A stretch of DNA of 64,000 bases. Origin: Alphaproteobacteria bacterium. Its GTDB lineage: Bacteria; Pseudomonadota; Alphaproteobacteria; UBA828. Positions 20,168-29,998 of the stretch are shown here, piece after piece (the stretch's first letter is position 1; each line of letters starts with the position of its first letter). The notes beneath the pieces are model-generated. The model was not told the DNA's origin. It was given only the letters and a program-made list of their open reading frames with translations, and ran no database searches. The translations under genes and the position numbers were made by a program. Location of the stretch: contig CBDCCI010000002.1 in assembly GCA_965214705.1 (NCBI GenBank), positions 1,152,001-1,216,000 on the forward strand. The letters run 5' to 3'.

Positions 20168-22611
20168 GTCCTGACCCGGTCATTGCCGGGGTCGTAGAGT
20201 GGCCGCAGGTGGAGCTCGGCCGGCACTTCCCGCGTCGCGACCTCGAGCGAGTACGTGCCGCTGGCAAGGTAATCGTCGCTGACACCCGCCGGGTTCCGCA
20301 CGTAGCCCATGCCGATGCTCCGGCCGACGGTATGGCCGAAGCCGCCGGAGGCAAGCCAGCCGACGCGCTCGCCGTTTCGGATGATCGTCTCTCGGCCCCA
20401 GAGCTGCACCTCCGGATCATCGTCGATGGTGAACGTCACCAGGCGGCGGGTCAGCGGCCGCTCCCGCTGCTTGCGCACGGCGTCCTGGCCGATGAACTCG
20501 GTCGGCTTGTCGAACGCAACCGCAAAGCCGAGCCCCGCCTCCAGCGGGTTGAAGTCCGGGCCGATGTCGGCGGCCCAGACACGGTAGCCCTTCTCCAGCC
20601 GCAGGCTGTCGATCGCCCGGTAGCCAGCGTCGCACAGACCGTGCGCGGCTCCCGCCGCCTTCAGCGCATCGTAGACCGTGAGCATGTACTCGGTGGCGAC
20701 GTGAAGCTCCCAGCCGAGCTCGCCCACGAAGGTGATGCGCATGGCGCGCACGGGCGCGCCGGCCGCGTAGATCTCTCGCACCGCACCGAAGGGGAAGGCC
20801 TCCGCCCCTAGCCCTCCTTCCGCTACGGACGCGAGAATCTCGCGGGCGCGCGGTCCCATCAGCGCGAGAACCCCGTAGGCCGAGGTTACGTCGATCAGCG
20901 AGGCGTGGGCATCCGGGTCGATGTTCCGGCTGATGTGGTCGAAGTCGTGGGTCGCGAAGCCCGTGCCGGTGACGATGTAGAAAGAGTCCTCTGCGATCCG
21001 CGCGACGGTCAGGTCGCATTCGATTCCGCCGTTCCGGTTAAGCATCTGCGTATAGGTGATCCGCCCCGGCGGCTTGCCCACATCGGCGGCGCAGATGCGT
21101 TGCAGGCAGGCTTCCGCATCGCGCCCCACCAGCGCGTACTTGGCGAAGGACGACTGGTCGAAGAGCGCGGCCGCATCCCGACACGCTGCGTGTTCGACGG
21201 CCACATGTGCGTGCCAGTGGGGGCGCGTGAAGCTGTCGATCTCCACCGGCTTGACTCCCTCGGGCGCGAACCAATTGGGCCGTTCCCAGCCGAACTTGGC
21301 GCCGAAGCAGGCGCGATTGTCCGCAAGGCGGTCATAGATCGCGCTGCGCCGGAGCGGCCGGCCGGCCTTCATCTCCTCGCGGGGCCAGACGATGGTGTAG
21401 TGATGGCCCTGGCCCTCCAGCGAGCGAACCAAAACCTGGCTGTCGGCGCGGTGATAGCCGCCGAAGCGGCGAATATCGAAGCTCCAGATGTCGTAGGGCG
21501 GCTCGCCGTTCAAAATCCACTCGCCGAGCGCCATGCCGGCGCCGCCACAGCCGGTGAGCCCGTAGGCATTGAAGCCCGCACTTACGAAGATGTTGCGCAC
21601 CTCCGGCGCCTCGCCCATCACCGGATTCTGATCCTCAGTGAAGGATTCCAGGCCGTTGAACCAGCTCTTGATGCCGGCGGTCTTGAGCACGGGTATCCAG
21701 TCGAGCAATCCCTCGAGCCGCGGCATGAAGTGGTCGAGGTTCTCGGGCATGAGCTTGAACTCATGGTCCTTGGGGATCGGATCGGTGAACGGGATGGGAT
21801 CGGGGTCGTATTGGCCGACCAGCAACCCGCCGACCTCCTCGCGGATGTAGTGCCAGAGGTCCGGGTCCCGCGTCGTCGGCAGGTCGCGGGTGACGCCCTC
21901 GATCGGCTCGGTGATGAAGTAGCAGTGATGCGAGGGCTGGATCGGGACGTTCACGCCTGCGAGCCGGCCCACCTCGCGCGACCAGATGCCGCAGCAGATC
22001 ACCGCGATCTCGCAGCGGATCGTGCCGCGCTCCGTCGCCACGGCGGCGACGCGGCCCTGCTCGATCTCGAAACCGGTGACCGCCGTGTCCTCGAAGAGCC
22101 GGGCGCCGTACTGGCGTGCCCCCTTGGCGAGCGCCATGCACGTATCCGACGGGCTCAAGGCGCCGTCCGTGGGGATGTAGAGCGCGCAATCCACGTGATC
22201 GATGGTCATGAAGGGGAACAGCGCCTGCGCTTCCTTCGCCGATATCAGCTCCATCTCGACGCCGAAGGAGCGCGCCGTCGTGATCGCCCGCTCGTATTCG
22301 CGCCGGCGGTCGATATTCGAGGCGACCCGCATGCCGCCCGTGCGGTGCCAGCCGGTGGCCTGCCCCGTTTCCTCCTCCAGCGACGCGTAGAGGTCCGCGC
22401 CGTAGGCCATGAGCCTGCCGGCATTGGGATCGGTGCGGAACTGCGCGAAGGCGCCGGCGGCGTGCCAGGTCGAGCCAGACGTGAGCTTGGCCTTCTCGAC
22501 CAGGACGACATCGTCGCGGCCGTGTTTGGCCAGATGGTACGCGGTGGCACAGCCGATCGCCCCTCCGCCGATAATCACGACGCGCGCCTGGTCGGGAAAC
22601 CCCTGGGTCAT
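20164..22611 (-). CDS. FAD-dependent GcvT-family oxidoreductase (dimethylglycine/sarcosine dehydrogenase-like)
   Basis: IIGGGAIG, LTSGSTWHAAG, GWERPNWF, RITFVGELGWEL, SLRLEKG, C-terminal PLYDP. Confidence 0.93.
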   Translation of the reverse strand: MTQGFPDQARVVIIGGGAIGCATAYHLAKHGRDDVVLVEKAKLTSGSTWHAAGAFAQFRTDPNAGRLMAYGADLYASLEEETGQATGWHRTGGMRVASNIDRRREYERAITTARSFGVEMELISAKEAQALFPFMTIDHVDCALYIPTDGALSPSDTCMALAKGARQYGARLFEDTAVTGFEIEQGRVAAVATERGTIRCEIAVICCGIWSREVGRLAGVNVPIQPSHHCYFITEPIEGVTRDLPTTRDPDLWHYIREEVGGLLVGQYDPDPIPFTDPIPKDHEFKLMPENLDHFMPRLEGLLDWIPVLKTAGIKSWFNGLESFTEDQNPVMGEAPEVRNIFVSAGFNAYGLTGCGGAGMALGEWILNGEPPYDIWSFDIRRFGGYHRADSQVLVRSLEGQGHHYTIVWPREEMKAGRPLRRSAIYDRLADNRACFGAKFGWERPNWFAPEGVKPVEIDSFTRPHWHAHVAVEHAACRDAAALFDQSSFAKYALVGRDAEACLQRICAADVGKPPGRITYTQMLNRNGGIECDLTVARIAEDSFYIVTGTGFATHDFDHISRNIDPDAHASLIDVTSAYGVLALMGPRAREILASVAEGGLGAEAFPFGAVREIYAAGAPVRAMRITFVGELGWELHVATEYMLTVYDALKAAGAAHGLCDAGYRAIDSLRLEKGYRVWAADIGPDFNPLEAGLGFAVAFDKPTEFIGQDAVRKQRERPLTRRLVTFTIDDDPEVQLWGRETIIRNGERVGWLASGGFGHTVGRSIGMGYVRNPAGVSDDYLASGTYSLEVATREVPAELHLRPLYDPGNDRVRT

Positions 22612-22693
22612 CCGCTGCGGTCTCTCTGGCTCAGTGCTTGGCGGGCGCGAGTGTACCAGCGGGGTACCCGGATCACGAAGCGAGGCGGGGGAG

Positions 22694-24214
22694 TCAGGCG
22701 TTGGCGCGCAGGATGTGGTGGGCCGCGTTGTGACCGGGAGCGCCGGTGACCTCGCCCGCCGGGTGCGTGCCGCCGCCGCAGAGATAGAAGTTGCGGATAT
22801 CCGTGCCGTAGCCGGGGCGCGCATTCAGGAACTGGCTCGGCACGACGTCGAGATGGCGGATGGCGCCGTCGGTAATTCCCGTGCGCTGCTCGATGTCCCA
22901 GGGGCTCATGAACATCCATTCCCGGATGGCGGAGCGGAAGTTGGGAACGAACCGCGTCACGTAATCGATCACGCCTTCGCCCACCTCCTCGCGGCGCTCC
23001 TCCCAGGTGCCTGTGGCGAGACGGGGAGGCGCGTAGAGACCCCAGATCGAGCAAATGTGCCCGTCCCGGTCAGTCAGAGTCTCGTCGTGGAGGGTCGGCA
23101 CCTGAAGGTGGCAGATCGGCTCGCTGCAGGGCTCGCCCGTGCGCATTTCCGCACCCGCCAGCGCGTAATGGTCCAGGCTCGGCGCGATCAGGATGTAGGA
23201 GATCGGCGGGCCGTCGTAGCCGTTGAGGTAGCCTGAAACGTCCGGGGGCTCGTCCATCACGCAATGGAACTTGAAGTAGCCGGTCTCGGTCTTGAGCCGC
23301 TCCACCCGGCTTGAGAGACCGGCCGGCAGGTCCTCGGGCGCGAAAAGAGTGCGATAGGTGCGCTTGGGGTCGGCGTTCGAGAGCACCATCCCGGCGCGGA
23401 TCTCCTCGCCCGATGCGAGGCGTACGCCGGTGGCCGCGCCGTCCTCCACCAGCACCTGCGCGACTGGGGCGTCGCAGCGGATCTCGCCACCCTGCTCTTC
23501 CACCGCCTCGGCCATGAAGCGGGTAATGGAGCCCATGCCGCCTTCCACGACGTAGAAGCCGTGTCCGCCGGCGGCGCCGAATTGGAAGAAGACCTCCGCC
23601 CAGGCGCTGCCATTGGCGTAGGGGTCGGCCATGTCCTGCACGTAGAGCATCATCGCGCGCACGCGCTCGTCCTCGAAATAGTCGGCCGCGAGGTCGACGA
23701 GCGAGGTGGTCAGAAAACGCTCCAGCACGGCCTCGTCGCCGTTCGCCTTGGCACGCTCCCAGACGTCGGAGAGCGTGGGCGGGTCTGTCAGCATGTAGGG
23801 CTGCACCAGCCCGGTCGCGCGGGTCCACAGGTCCACCCACTCGGGAAAGCGCTCGGCATCGCGCGCGTTCAGCCGCGCGATCGAATCGATCGTGCGCTCC
23901 ATGTCGTAGTGAAGGAATGCGTGCGAGCCGTCTTCGTAAGGCAGGAACACGGGTGGGTCGATCAGGTGCATGGTCAACCCGCGCGCGTCGAGCCCCATGT
24001 CGTCCCGCACCTTCTGCTCCAGCTTCCACATGACGTAGGAGCAGGACGAGACGCGGTAGCCCTCGAAAAGCTCTTCCGTCGCGCACGCACCACCGACGAA
24101 CGGTCTTCGCTCGCAGAGCAGCACCTTGCGTCCGGCACGTGAGAGATAGAAAGCGGCGACCAGCCCATTATGGCCCGCGCCGACGATGATCGCGTCGTAT
24201 TCTGCGTTCGCCAT
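22694..24214 (-). CDS. NAD(P)/FAD-dependent oxidoreductase, phytoene desaturase (COG1233)-like
   Basis: IVGAGHNGLVAA, VGGACATEE, EGGMGSI, LCGGGTHPAGEVTGAPGHNAA. Confidence 0.88.
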   Translation of the reverse strand: MANAEYDAIIVGAGHNGLVAAFYLSRAGRKVLLCERRPFVGGACATEELFEGYRVSSCSYVMWKLEQKVRDDMGLDARGLTMHLIDPPVFLPYEDGSHAFLHYDMERTIDSIARLNARDAERFPEWVDLWTRATGLVQPYMLTDPPTLSDVWERAKANGDEAVLERFLTTSLVDLAADYFEDERVRAMMLYVQDMADPYANGSAWAEVFFQFGAAGGHGFYVVEGGMGSITRFMAEAVEEQGGEIRCDAPVAQVLVEDGAATGVRLASGEEIRAGMVLSNADPKRTYRTLFAPEDLPAGLSSRVERLKTETGYFKFHCVMDEPPDVSGYLNGYDGPPISYILIAPSLDHYALAGAEMRTGEPCSEPICHLQVPTLHDETLTDRDGHICSIWGLYAPPRLATGTWEERREEVGEGVIDYVTRFVPNFRSAIREWMFMSPWDIEQRTGITDGAIRHLDVVPSQFLNARPGYGTDIRNFYLCGGGTHPAGEVTGAPGHNAAHHILRANA

Positions 24215-24372
24215 GTCGCCGTCCTTCTCCCTGCGGGCGTTGGGTGCTCAGCTTGCAACCGGCAGGCGCGCATGGGCAAGTGCGCCGCCTCGCCCCAAGA
24301 CGCCCGATGACTCAGCCGATGGGTCGGGTAGACTGATAGAGGATGAGAGTCACCAGGGAGAGGAGCAATACG

Positions 24373-24753
24373 ATGCTCGACTATGTGACGCTGAAGGACG
24401 AGGGCGGGCTTGAGCCGTGGCCGCCGCTGGAGGAGCTGCCGTTCGTGAACGTGCTCGACGGCAACCCCGTGCACGAGGGGCGTTTCGATCTGGGCGGGTT
24501 CGGCATGCGCACGATGGCAGGTGTCTGGCAGTGCACGCCGGGCAGTTTCGAATACACGTATCCCGGCGACGAGATCTGCACCCTGCTCCAGGGCAAGATC
24601 CACGTGACCGAACAGGACGGCACCACCCACACCTATACCGCCGGCGACATCTTCTACACGAACAAAGGCGAGAAGGTGACCTGGGTGATCGAGGAGACCG
24701 TCCGCAAGGTTTTCTTCATTCACGATCCCGAGTCCGAGCAGCTCGCCGCCTAG
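24373..24753 (+). CDS. Cupin domain protein (DUF861/EutQ-like)
   Basis: GVWQCTPG...DEICTLLQG...AGD...W.IEETVRK; RBS GAGGAG upstream. Confidence 0.85.
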   Translation: MLDYVTLKDEGGLEPWPPLEELPFVNVLDGNPVHEGRFDLGGFGMRTMAGVWQCTPGSFEYTYPGDEICTLLQGKIHVTEQDGTTHTYTAGDIFYTNKGEKVTWVIEETVRKVFFIHDPESEQLAA

Positions 24754-24868
24754 GCGGGCTCTCACATCCCGGCGGCGCCGCGCCGTGCGCTCATGCGCGT
24801 GGCGCGTCCGCCGCGACCGCTTTGGGGTTCCAAATTAGCGTCGGCCGCTCCAGACAAGCGAGGCAACC

Positions 24869-25771
24869 ATGAACGAAGTGCGTTCAATCGACCGGCATGC
24901 GTCGGCCGACGAGGCGATGGCGATCCTCGAAGAGGACGGCGCCGTCATCTACCGCCAGGTTGTCGATGACGAGGTGGTCGACAGGGTCAATGCCGAGCTC
25001 GAACCCTTCCTGTCACGCGCCTACTACGGCGAAGGCGAGTTCTGGGGGAACAAGACGAAGCGGGTCAGCTCCCTGGTCGCGAAGTCCAAGAGCTACGGCG
25101 AAGAGCTCGCCACGTGCCCGCAGATACTTGGCGTAATGGACCGCCTTCTGCTGCCGCGCTGCGAACGCTACCAGCTTCACGTCACCCAGGCCGTGCGGAT
25201 CGGCCCCGGTCAGGGACTGCAGATCATCCACCGCGACGACGCGCTGATGCCCTTCCGCCACCCTGGGCCGCAGTGCCTGTGCAACACGATGTGGGCGCTC
25301 ACCGACTTCACATACGAGAACGGCACCACCAACGTGGTTCTGGGAAGCCATGTCTGGGACGACGACACCTATCCCGACGACGACACTCCGAGAGCCTGTG
25401 CCGTCATGCCGCGCGGCTCGTGCCTGATCTATCTGGGCTCGGTCTATCACGGCGGCGGCCAGAACAATACCGAGGACGAGTGGCGCACCGGCGCGATCAC
25501 CGGCTACAGCCTGGGATGGCTGCGTCAGGAGGAGAACCAGTACCTCGCGGTCCCTCCGGCCGTGGCAAAAGACCTGCGCGAGGACGTGCAGCACCTGATC
25601 GGCTACCACCTGCACGACATATTCCTGGGATGGGTCGAGGGCCACGATCCTCACATCGTGCTGGAGGATCGCTACAGCGATGTCATGCCGGCAGTGTCAG
25701 AGGGCGGCGAGTATGTCGACGACAGCATGCTCTTCAAAACGGCGATACTCGGCCAGTCGAGCCGGCACTAA
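24869..25771 (+). CDS. Phytanoyl-CoA dioxygenase (PhyH) family 2OG-Fe(II) enzyme
   Basis: HRD and HGGG iron ligands, ALTDFT.ENG.T, GWLRQEENQYL. Confidence 0.9.
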   Translation: MNEVRSIDRHASADEAMAILEEDGAVIYRQVVDDEVVDRVNAELEPFLSRAYYGEGEFWGNKTKRVSSLVAKSKSYGEELATCPQILGVMDRLLLPRCERYQLHVTQAVRIGPGQGLQIIHRDDALMPFRHPGPQCLCNTMWALTDFTYENGTTNVVLGSHVWDDDTYPDDDTPRACAVMPRGSCLIYLGSVYHGGGQNNTEDEWRTGAITGYSLGWLRQEENQYLAVPPAVAKDLREDVQHLIGYHLHDIFLGWVEGHDPHIVLEDRYSDVMPAVSEGGEYVDDSMLFKTAILGQSSRH

Positions 25772-25802
25772 TCTGCGCTTCTCACCGGGGCCACGGTAAA
25801 CT

Positions 25803-25843
25803 GAGAACGATGGCCCCGCACCCGTGGCGGGGCCATCGCTCTC
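25803..25843. terminator. Stem-loop between convergent genes (possible bidirectional terminator)
   Basis: CGATGGCCCCGC (25808-25819) pairs perfectly with GCGGGGCCATCG (25827-25838); no clear U-tract. Confidence 0.5.
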
Positions 25844-25852
25844 GCAGGCTTG

Positions 25853-27250
25853 TTATTCGACTGCCTCGCGCATGCGTGAGGCGATATCGGCGATGGCTGA
25901 CGCCGCATCTTTCTGGTCTGCACCGGCTGCGCTCAGCTCCTCGATGATGATGTCCTGCCACACGAACCAGTTCGGCGTGTTGGGCAGCTCGTAGAGCAGG
26001 CCGTTCTCGTCCAGCCAGATGTGGATGGCCTCGCGCTGGCGGTTCTCCCAGGCCTCGTCTTCCCAACGCGGATCGGCAAGAACGTCGCTGCGGACGGCGA
26101 GGCAACCGAGCGGCAGACATTCGTTCTGGATTTCCTTCGTCAGCAGCCACTGAACGAAGAGCCAGGCCGCTTCCTTGTTTTGCGCGCTCTTGGGGATCAT
26201 CCACGACTGACCATAGGCCGCTGTCACGTGATTCCCCGGATGGACGAAGTAGGTCATGTCGCCCGCCGACGCGGGGCAGTCGCCGGGAATCTCGAGATAG
26301 GGCGTCGTGTCTCCCCAGGTGAAGATCATGAACACGTTGCCGCTGCACATCTCGGAATACTCGGTATCCCACGTCGCCTCGGTATGGCCGGGCGGCGCGA
26401 ACTGGCGCAGGTCGAGCATGAGTTGCAGCGCCCTGACGGCGGTGTCGTCCCTGTCGATGGCGACGTTCAGGTCCGCATCCACATACTCGCCGCCCATCGC
26501 AAGCAGGATGCGCTCATAGTCGTAGTAGACCGTGAGGTGACGCTTGAACGCCGCGATCATGCCGTAGAAGTTGGATTCGAGGGTCTCGCCCGCCAGCGTC
26601 TCGCCCTTCTCCCGAGTAAAGAACTCGGCAAGGTCGCGGAACTCCTCCCAGGTCGTGGGCGGCAGCGGCATGGCGTAGCCGTAGGCCGCCTCGAAATTGG
26701 CCTGCTCGGTAGGGTCGTTGGCGAGGCTCGTCCGGTACGCCGCATATGGCGGCAGGTAGTGGTAGGGCACGGAGACGAGCGCGTCGTTGTAGTAGCCCGA
26801 GATCTCGAAGTGGGCCTGGACGAAATCCTCGACCTTGACGGCGGGATCGCGCAGCGCAGGATCGTTCATGAACTGGTTGAGGTCGCTGGTGAAGCCCGGT
26901 GCGGCGAAGGCCACGGTCTGATTGTTGGCGGCGGGAAAGATGTCGTAGTACTCCCCGCCCGTCAGCTGATCGGCCAGCACCTGGCGCCAGACCGCCTCGA
27001 GATCGGCGACTTCCAGGAGCACCTTGATTCCCGTCAGCTCCTCGAACTTCTTGGCCATCTCGGTGTAGGCGAGGCAGGGGGAATAGCCGTCGCAGATACC
27101 CCGGACCTCGGTGCCGGCGTAAGGCTTGGCGGCTTCCTCCAGCGACCACGCCGACGCCTCCGTCGACGCCAGGCCCCCGGCAGCACCCGCTACCAGGGCG
27201 CCGGCAAGAAGCAGGGCCTTCAGGCGTTGATGTATCGGCCTGTTCATCAT
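25853..27250 (-). CDS. Carbohydrate-type (CUT1) ABC transporter substrate-binding protein
   Basis: Signal peptide then WSLEEAAKPYAG, FEELTGIKV, PPTTWEEF, NKEAAWLFVQW; GGAG RBS before ATG 27250. Confidence 0.88.
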   Translation of the reverse strand: MMNRPIHQRLKALLLAGALVAGAAGGLASTEASAWSLEEAAKPYAGTEVRGICDGYSPCLAYTEMAKKFEELTGIKVLLEVADLEAVWRQVLADQLTGGEYYDIFPAANNQTVAFAAPGFTSDLNQFMNDPALRDPAVKVEDFVQAHFEISGYYNDALVSVPYHYLPPYAAYRTSLANDPTEQANFEAAYGYAMPLPPTTWEEFRDLAEFFTREKGETLAGETLESNFYGMIAAFKRHLTVYYDYERILLAMGGEYVDADLNVAIDRDDTAVRALQLMLDLRQFAPPGHTEATWDTEYSEMCSGNVFMIFTWGDTTPYLEIPGDCPASAGDMTYFVHPGNHVTAAYGQSWMIPKSAQNKEAAWLFVQWLLTKEIQNECLPLGCLAVRSDVLADPRWEDEAWENRQREAIHIWLDENGLLYELPNTPNWFVWQDIIIEELSAAGADQKDAASAIADIASRMREAVE

Positions 27251-27392
27251 CGAAATCTCCCCATTTTGCATCCAGGCCGTTCCCATGATGCCGTCCCGCA
27301 GCGCGGCCTGGTTGCAATGCGGGCTCCGCAAGTTTCAGGATCATGTTGCCACGACAGCGCCCGCTGGGCACGGCCGGCGCGGCTCGATTGCA

Positions 27393-29459
27393 TCACACGA
27401 CCACCAGCTCGCGTTTGAACGGGACATCGCCCGGCGGCGGCGCATCGAGCTCGCGCGCAAAGCGGTGGCCGCTCCACACGGCGGCGGCGATCAGTCCGGG
27501 GCCGAGGGCGTCGCCGATCCGCTTGACCGAAAGGATGCCGGCATCCGCAAGGCGCTCGGGCGAGGCCTTGAGCGCGTAGTAGAGGGCATCGTTCGGAAGC
27601 CTCGACGTCACCATCACCACGGAGGCGCACTCGATGGTCCGCGCGCCCTCGCCGTAGACTCCCTCCACCCGCACGCCGCCCGCGTCGATCTGCGTCAGGC
27701 TGTGGCCGCTGACGATCCGCACGCCGACCTTGACGAGGTTGGTCTGAATTCCGTGCTGCTCCAGAGCCTCCTCGGCCCAGGCGGAGACCACCGGCGAGGG
27801 TGTCACGAGAATGACCGCGAGGCCGTCATTGACGAGCTTCTCCGCGATCGAGCCACCCATGTAGTGGCAGTCGTCATCGAACACCACGACAGGGGACGCC
27901 GGCGCGGCCCCGGCGAAGAGGTTGTCGGGTGTGAACACATGCGCGGCGTCACTGCCGGGGATTGGCGCGGCCGTATGCGTGCGGCCGATGCCGTCCTGGC
28001 ACCAGCGGGCGCCGGTGGCGACGGCCACGTGCCGGTAGCCGGCTTCGAGCACCGTCTCGGCGGTCATCTCGCTCTCGCGGAAGACCTCGACCGTCTCGTG
28101 CAGCTTCTCGATCTGGTAGGTGCGGTAGTCGCGCACGCGCGCCCATTCGGAGAGGCCCGGCAGCGCGGACTCGTGGGTGACCCGCCCGCCGAGCTCGCGC
28201 GAGGCCTCGGCGAGCCCGACCCGGTAGCCGCGTTGCCCGAGGGCGAGCGCACATTCCAGACCCGCCGGCCCGGCGCCCACCACGAGCACCGAGGAATCCG
28301 AGCCCTTGGGTTCGATTTTCTCGGGGTGCCAGCCGCGGCGCCATTCTTCCCCGACGGTCGGGTTCTGCGTGCAACGCATAGGGGTCTTCATGTGCTGCCC
28401 GGTCACGCAGATATTGCAGCCGATGCATTCGCGGATGTCGTCGAGCCGCCCCTCCTCGATCTTGCGGGGAATGAAGGGGTCGGCGATCGACGGACGGGCG
28501 CAGCCGACGAAGTCGGCGATCCCCCGCGTGATCAGCGAGAGCATGGTCTCGGGCGACGTGTAGCGACCGACGGTGATGACGGGCTTCTTCACGATACCTT
28601 TCACGAACGCGATGTACGGTTCCTGATAGCCCTCCGAAGTAAAGCGCGAGCTCGCGGAATCGTGGGTCCAGTCGCTGACATTCACATCCCAAAAGTCGGG
28701 CAGGTCGGCGAGCATCTCGACGACCTTGCAGCCCTCGTCCTCCCAGGTGATGCCGTCCTTGCCCAGGAGTTCGTCGGTGGCGAAACGGAGGCCGATCGCC
28801 ATGCTGCCACCCACGGCGTCCACGGTGTCTTCGAGCAGCTCGCGCAGGAGCCGCACGCGGTTTTCCAAAGAGCCGCCGTATTCGTCCGTCCGCCGGTTGC
28901 GGCGCCGGGAGAGGAAGTCCATCGGCATGGCGATGTCATGGGCGCAATAGACGTAGACCAGATCGAAGCCCGCATCCCTGGCTCGCAACATGCCGTCGCG
29001 GTGCCAGCGGCGAAACTCGCGGATATCGTCCAGGTCCATGGCGCGCGCCTGAACCGGGTCCGGGCTGTAGGTCACGGGCGTGTGCGACGGCCCGAGCGGG
29101 ATCTCGCGGCTGTAGTAGTTGGCGAGCGCAGACGCATTGCTGACGATTTCGGTGCCGGCGAGCGCGCCGTGGGCGCGGATCGTGTCGGTCCAGTGCCGCA
29201 TGCGGATGACGTCGTCCTGGTCCCACAGCTTCGTTTCGGGATAGGGGGCGGCCTCCGCATGGGGGTGGAACGAACACTGCTCGGTGCACACCACGGCCCA
29301 TCCGCCCTCGGCCTTCATGCTCCGCATGGCCGCATCGGAGCGCGGCAGCAGATGGCCCATGCCGCTGCAGTGCGGCACCTGGAAGAAGCGGTTGCGCGCC
29401 GTTACGGGACCGAGTTGGACGGGCTCGAACAGGACGTCGAAGCGGGGATCGCGGGGCAT
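27393..29459 (-). CDS. Trimethylamine/dimethylamine/histamine dehydrogenase family iron-sulfur flavoprotein
   Basis: RNRFFQVPHC (FMN-linking Cys), KAEGGW, YVYCAH, RTDEYGGSLENR, CIGCNIC...C 4Fe-4S, GEEWRRGWHPE, GAGPAG. Confidence 0.9.
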   Translation of the reverse strand: MPRDPRFDVLFEPVQLGPVTARNRFFQVPHCSGMGHLLPRSDAAMRSMKAEGGWAVVCTEQCSFHPHAEAAPYPETKLWDQDDVIRMRHWTDTIRAHGALAGTEIVSNASALANYYSREIPLGPSHTPVTYSPDPVQARAMDLDDIREFRRWHRDGMLRARDAGFDLVYVYCAHDIAMPMDFLSRRRNRRTDEYGGSLENRVRLLRELLEDTVDAVGGSMAIGLRFATDELLGKDGITWEDEGCKVVEMLADLPDFWDVNVSDWTHDSASSRFTSEGYQEPYIAFVKGIVKKPVITVGRYTSPETMLSLITRGIADFVGCARPSIADPFIPRKIEEGRLDDIRECIGCNICVTGQHMKTPMRCTQNPTVGEEWRRGWHPEKIEPKGSDSSVLVVGAGPAGLECALALGQRGYRVGLAEASRELGGRVTHESALPGLSEWARVRDYRTYQIEKLHETVEVFRESEMTAETVLEAGYRHVAVATGARWCQDGIGRTHTAAPIPGSDAAHVFTPDNLFAGAAPASPVVVFDDDCHYMGGSIAEKLVNDGLAVILVTPSPVVSAWAEEALEQHGIQTNLVKVGVRIVSGHSLTQIDAGGVRVEGVYGEGARTIECASVVMVTSRLPNDALYYALKASPERLADAGILSVKRIGDALGPGLIAAAVWSGHRFARELDAPPPGDVPFKRELVVV

Positions 29460-29500
29460 GAGCTACTCCACTGAGGCACTGCGGCGCTGTGAGCCGGAAC

Positions 29501-29998
29501 TCAGAAAAACGTCGACATGGTCCGAGGGATCAGAGTCTGGTCGAGGATAACCTTGCGTCGCGCGATGCGCCACGAGCCGCCTTCAGGGCGAAGCCGGTCC
29601 TCGCGGCGCCCGACATAGAGGACTTCCGTGCGTTCCAGGCGCGACTGGTAGACGAGCAGGTTGCAGAGCACGTCGAGCTCGTCGCCGTCCGCCTCCTCGA
29701 TCTCCACGTTCGAAACGAAATAGCGCATCCGAGAAGGCGGCTGTTCCGCATGGGCCAGGGACGAGCGCAGGCGCTCGATCCGCCGGGCAAGAAACGGCTT
29801 GTCATCATCGAAGAAGGCCATTTCGCCATCGGCGGCCACGGCGTCGGATTGCCCGTCCACCGTCTCGCGCGCGGGCATCCAGTAGCGGGCGTCATCCGTG
29901 AAGAGCTCGAGCCACTCCTCGAAGCGAAGCTCGCTCAGCAGGCGAACCTCGCGGTAAAGGAACTGCTCAACGCGGTGCTGCAGCGCGGCGTCGACCAC
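29501..29998 (-). CDS. Aromatic ring-hydroxylating dioxygenase beta subunit
   Basis: VEQFLYRE..LL, YWMP, AEQPPSR.R..VSN, GRREDRLR, IARRKVILDQ; start uncertain (29998 GTG or 30022 ATG). Confidence 0.9.
   Translation of the reverse strand: MVDAALQHRVEQFLYREVRLLSELRFEEWLELFTDDARYWMPARETVDGQSDAVAADGEMAFFDDDKPFLARRIERLRSSLAHAEQPPSRMRYFVSNVEIEEADGDELDVLCNLLVYQSRLERTEVLYVGRREDRLRPEGGSWRIARRKVILDQTLIPRTMSTFF

Noticed and set aside
22694-24214. Carotenoid biosynthesis (crtI)
   Set aside because: No crtB/crtE neighbours; belongs to the broad COG1233 oxidoreductase group in a catabolic context
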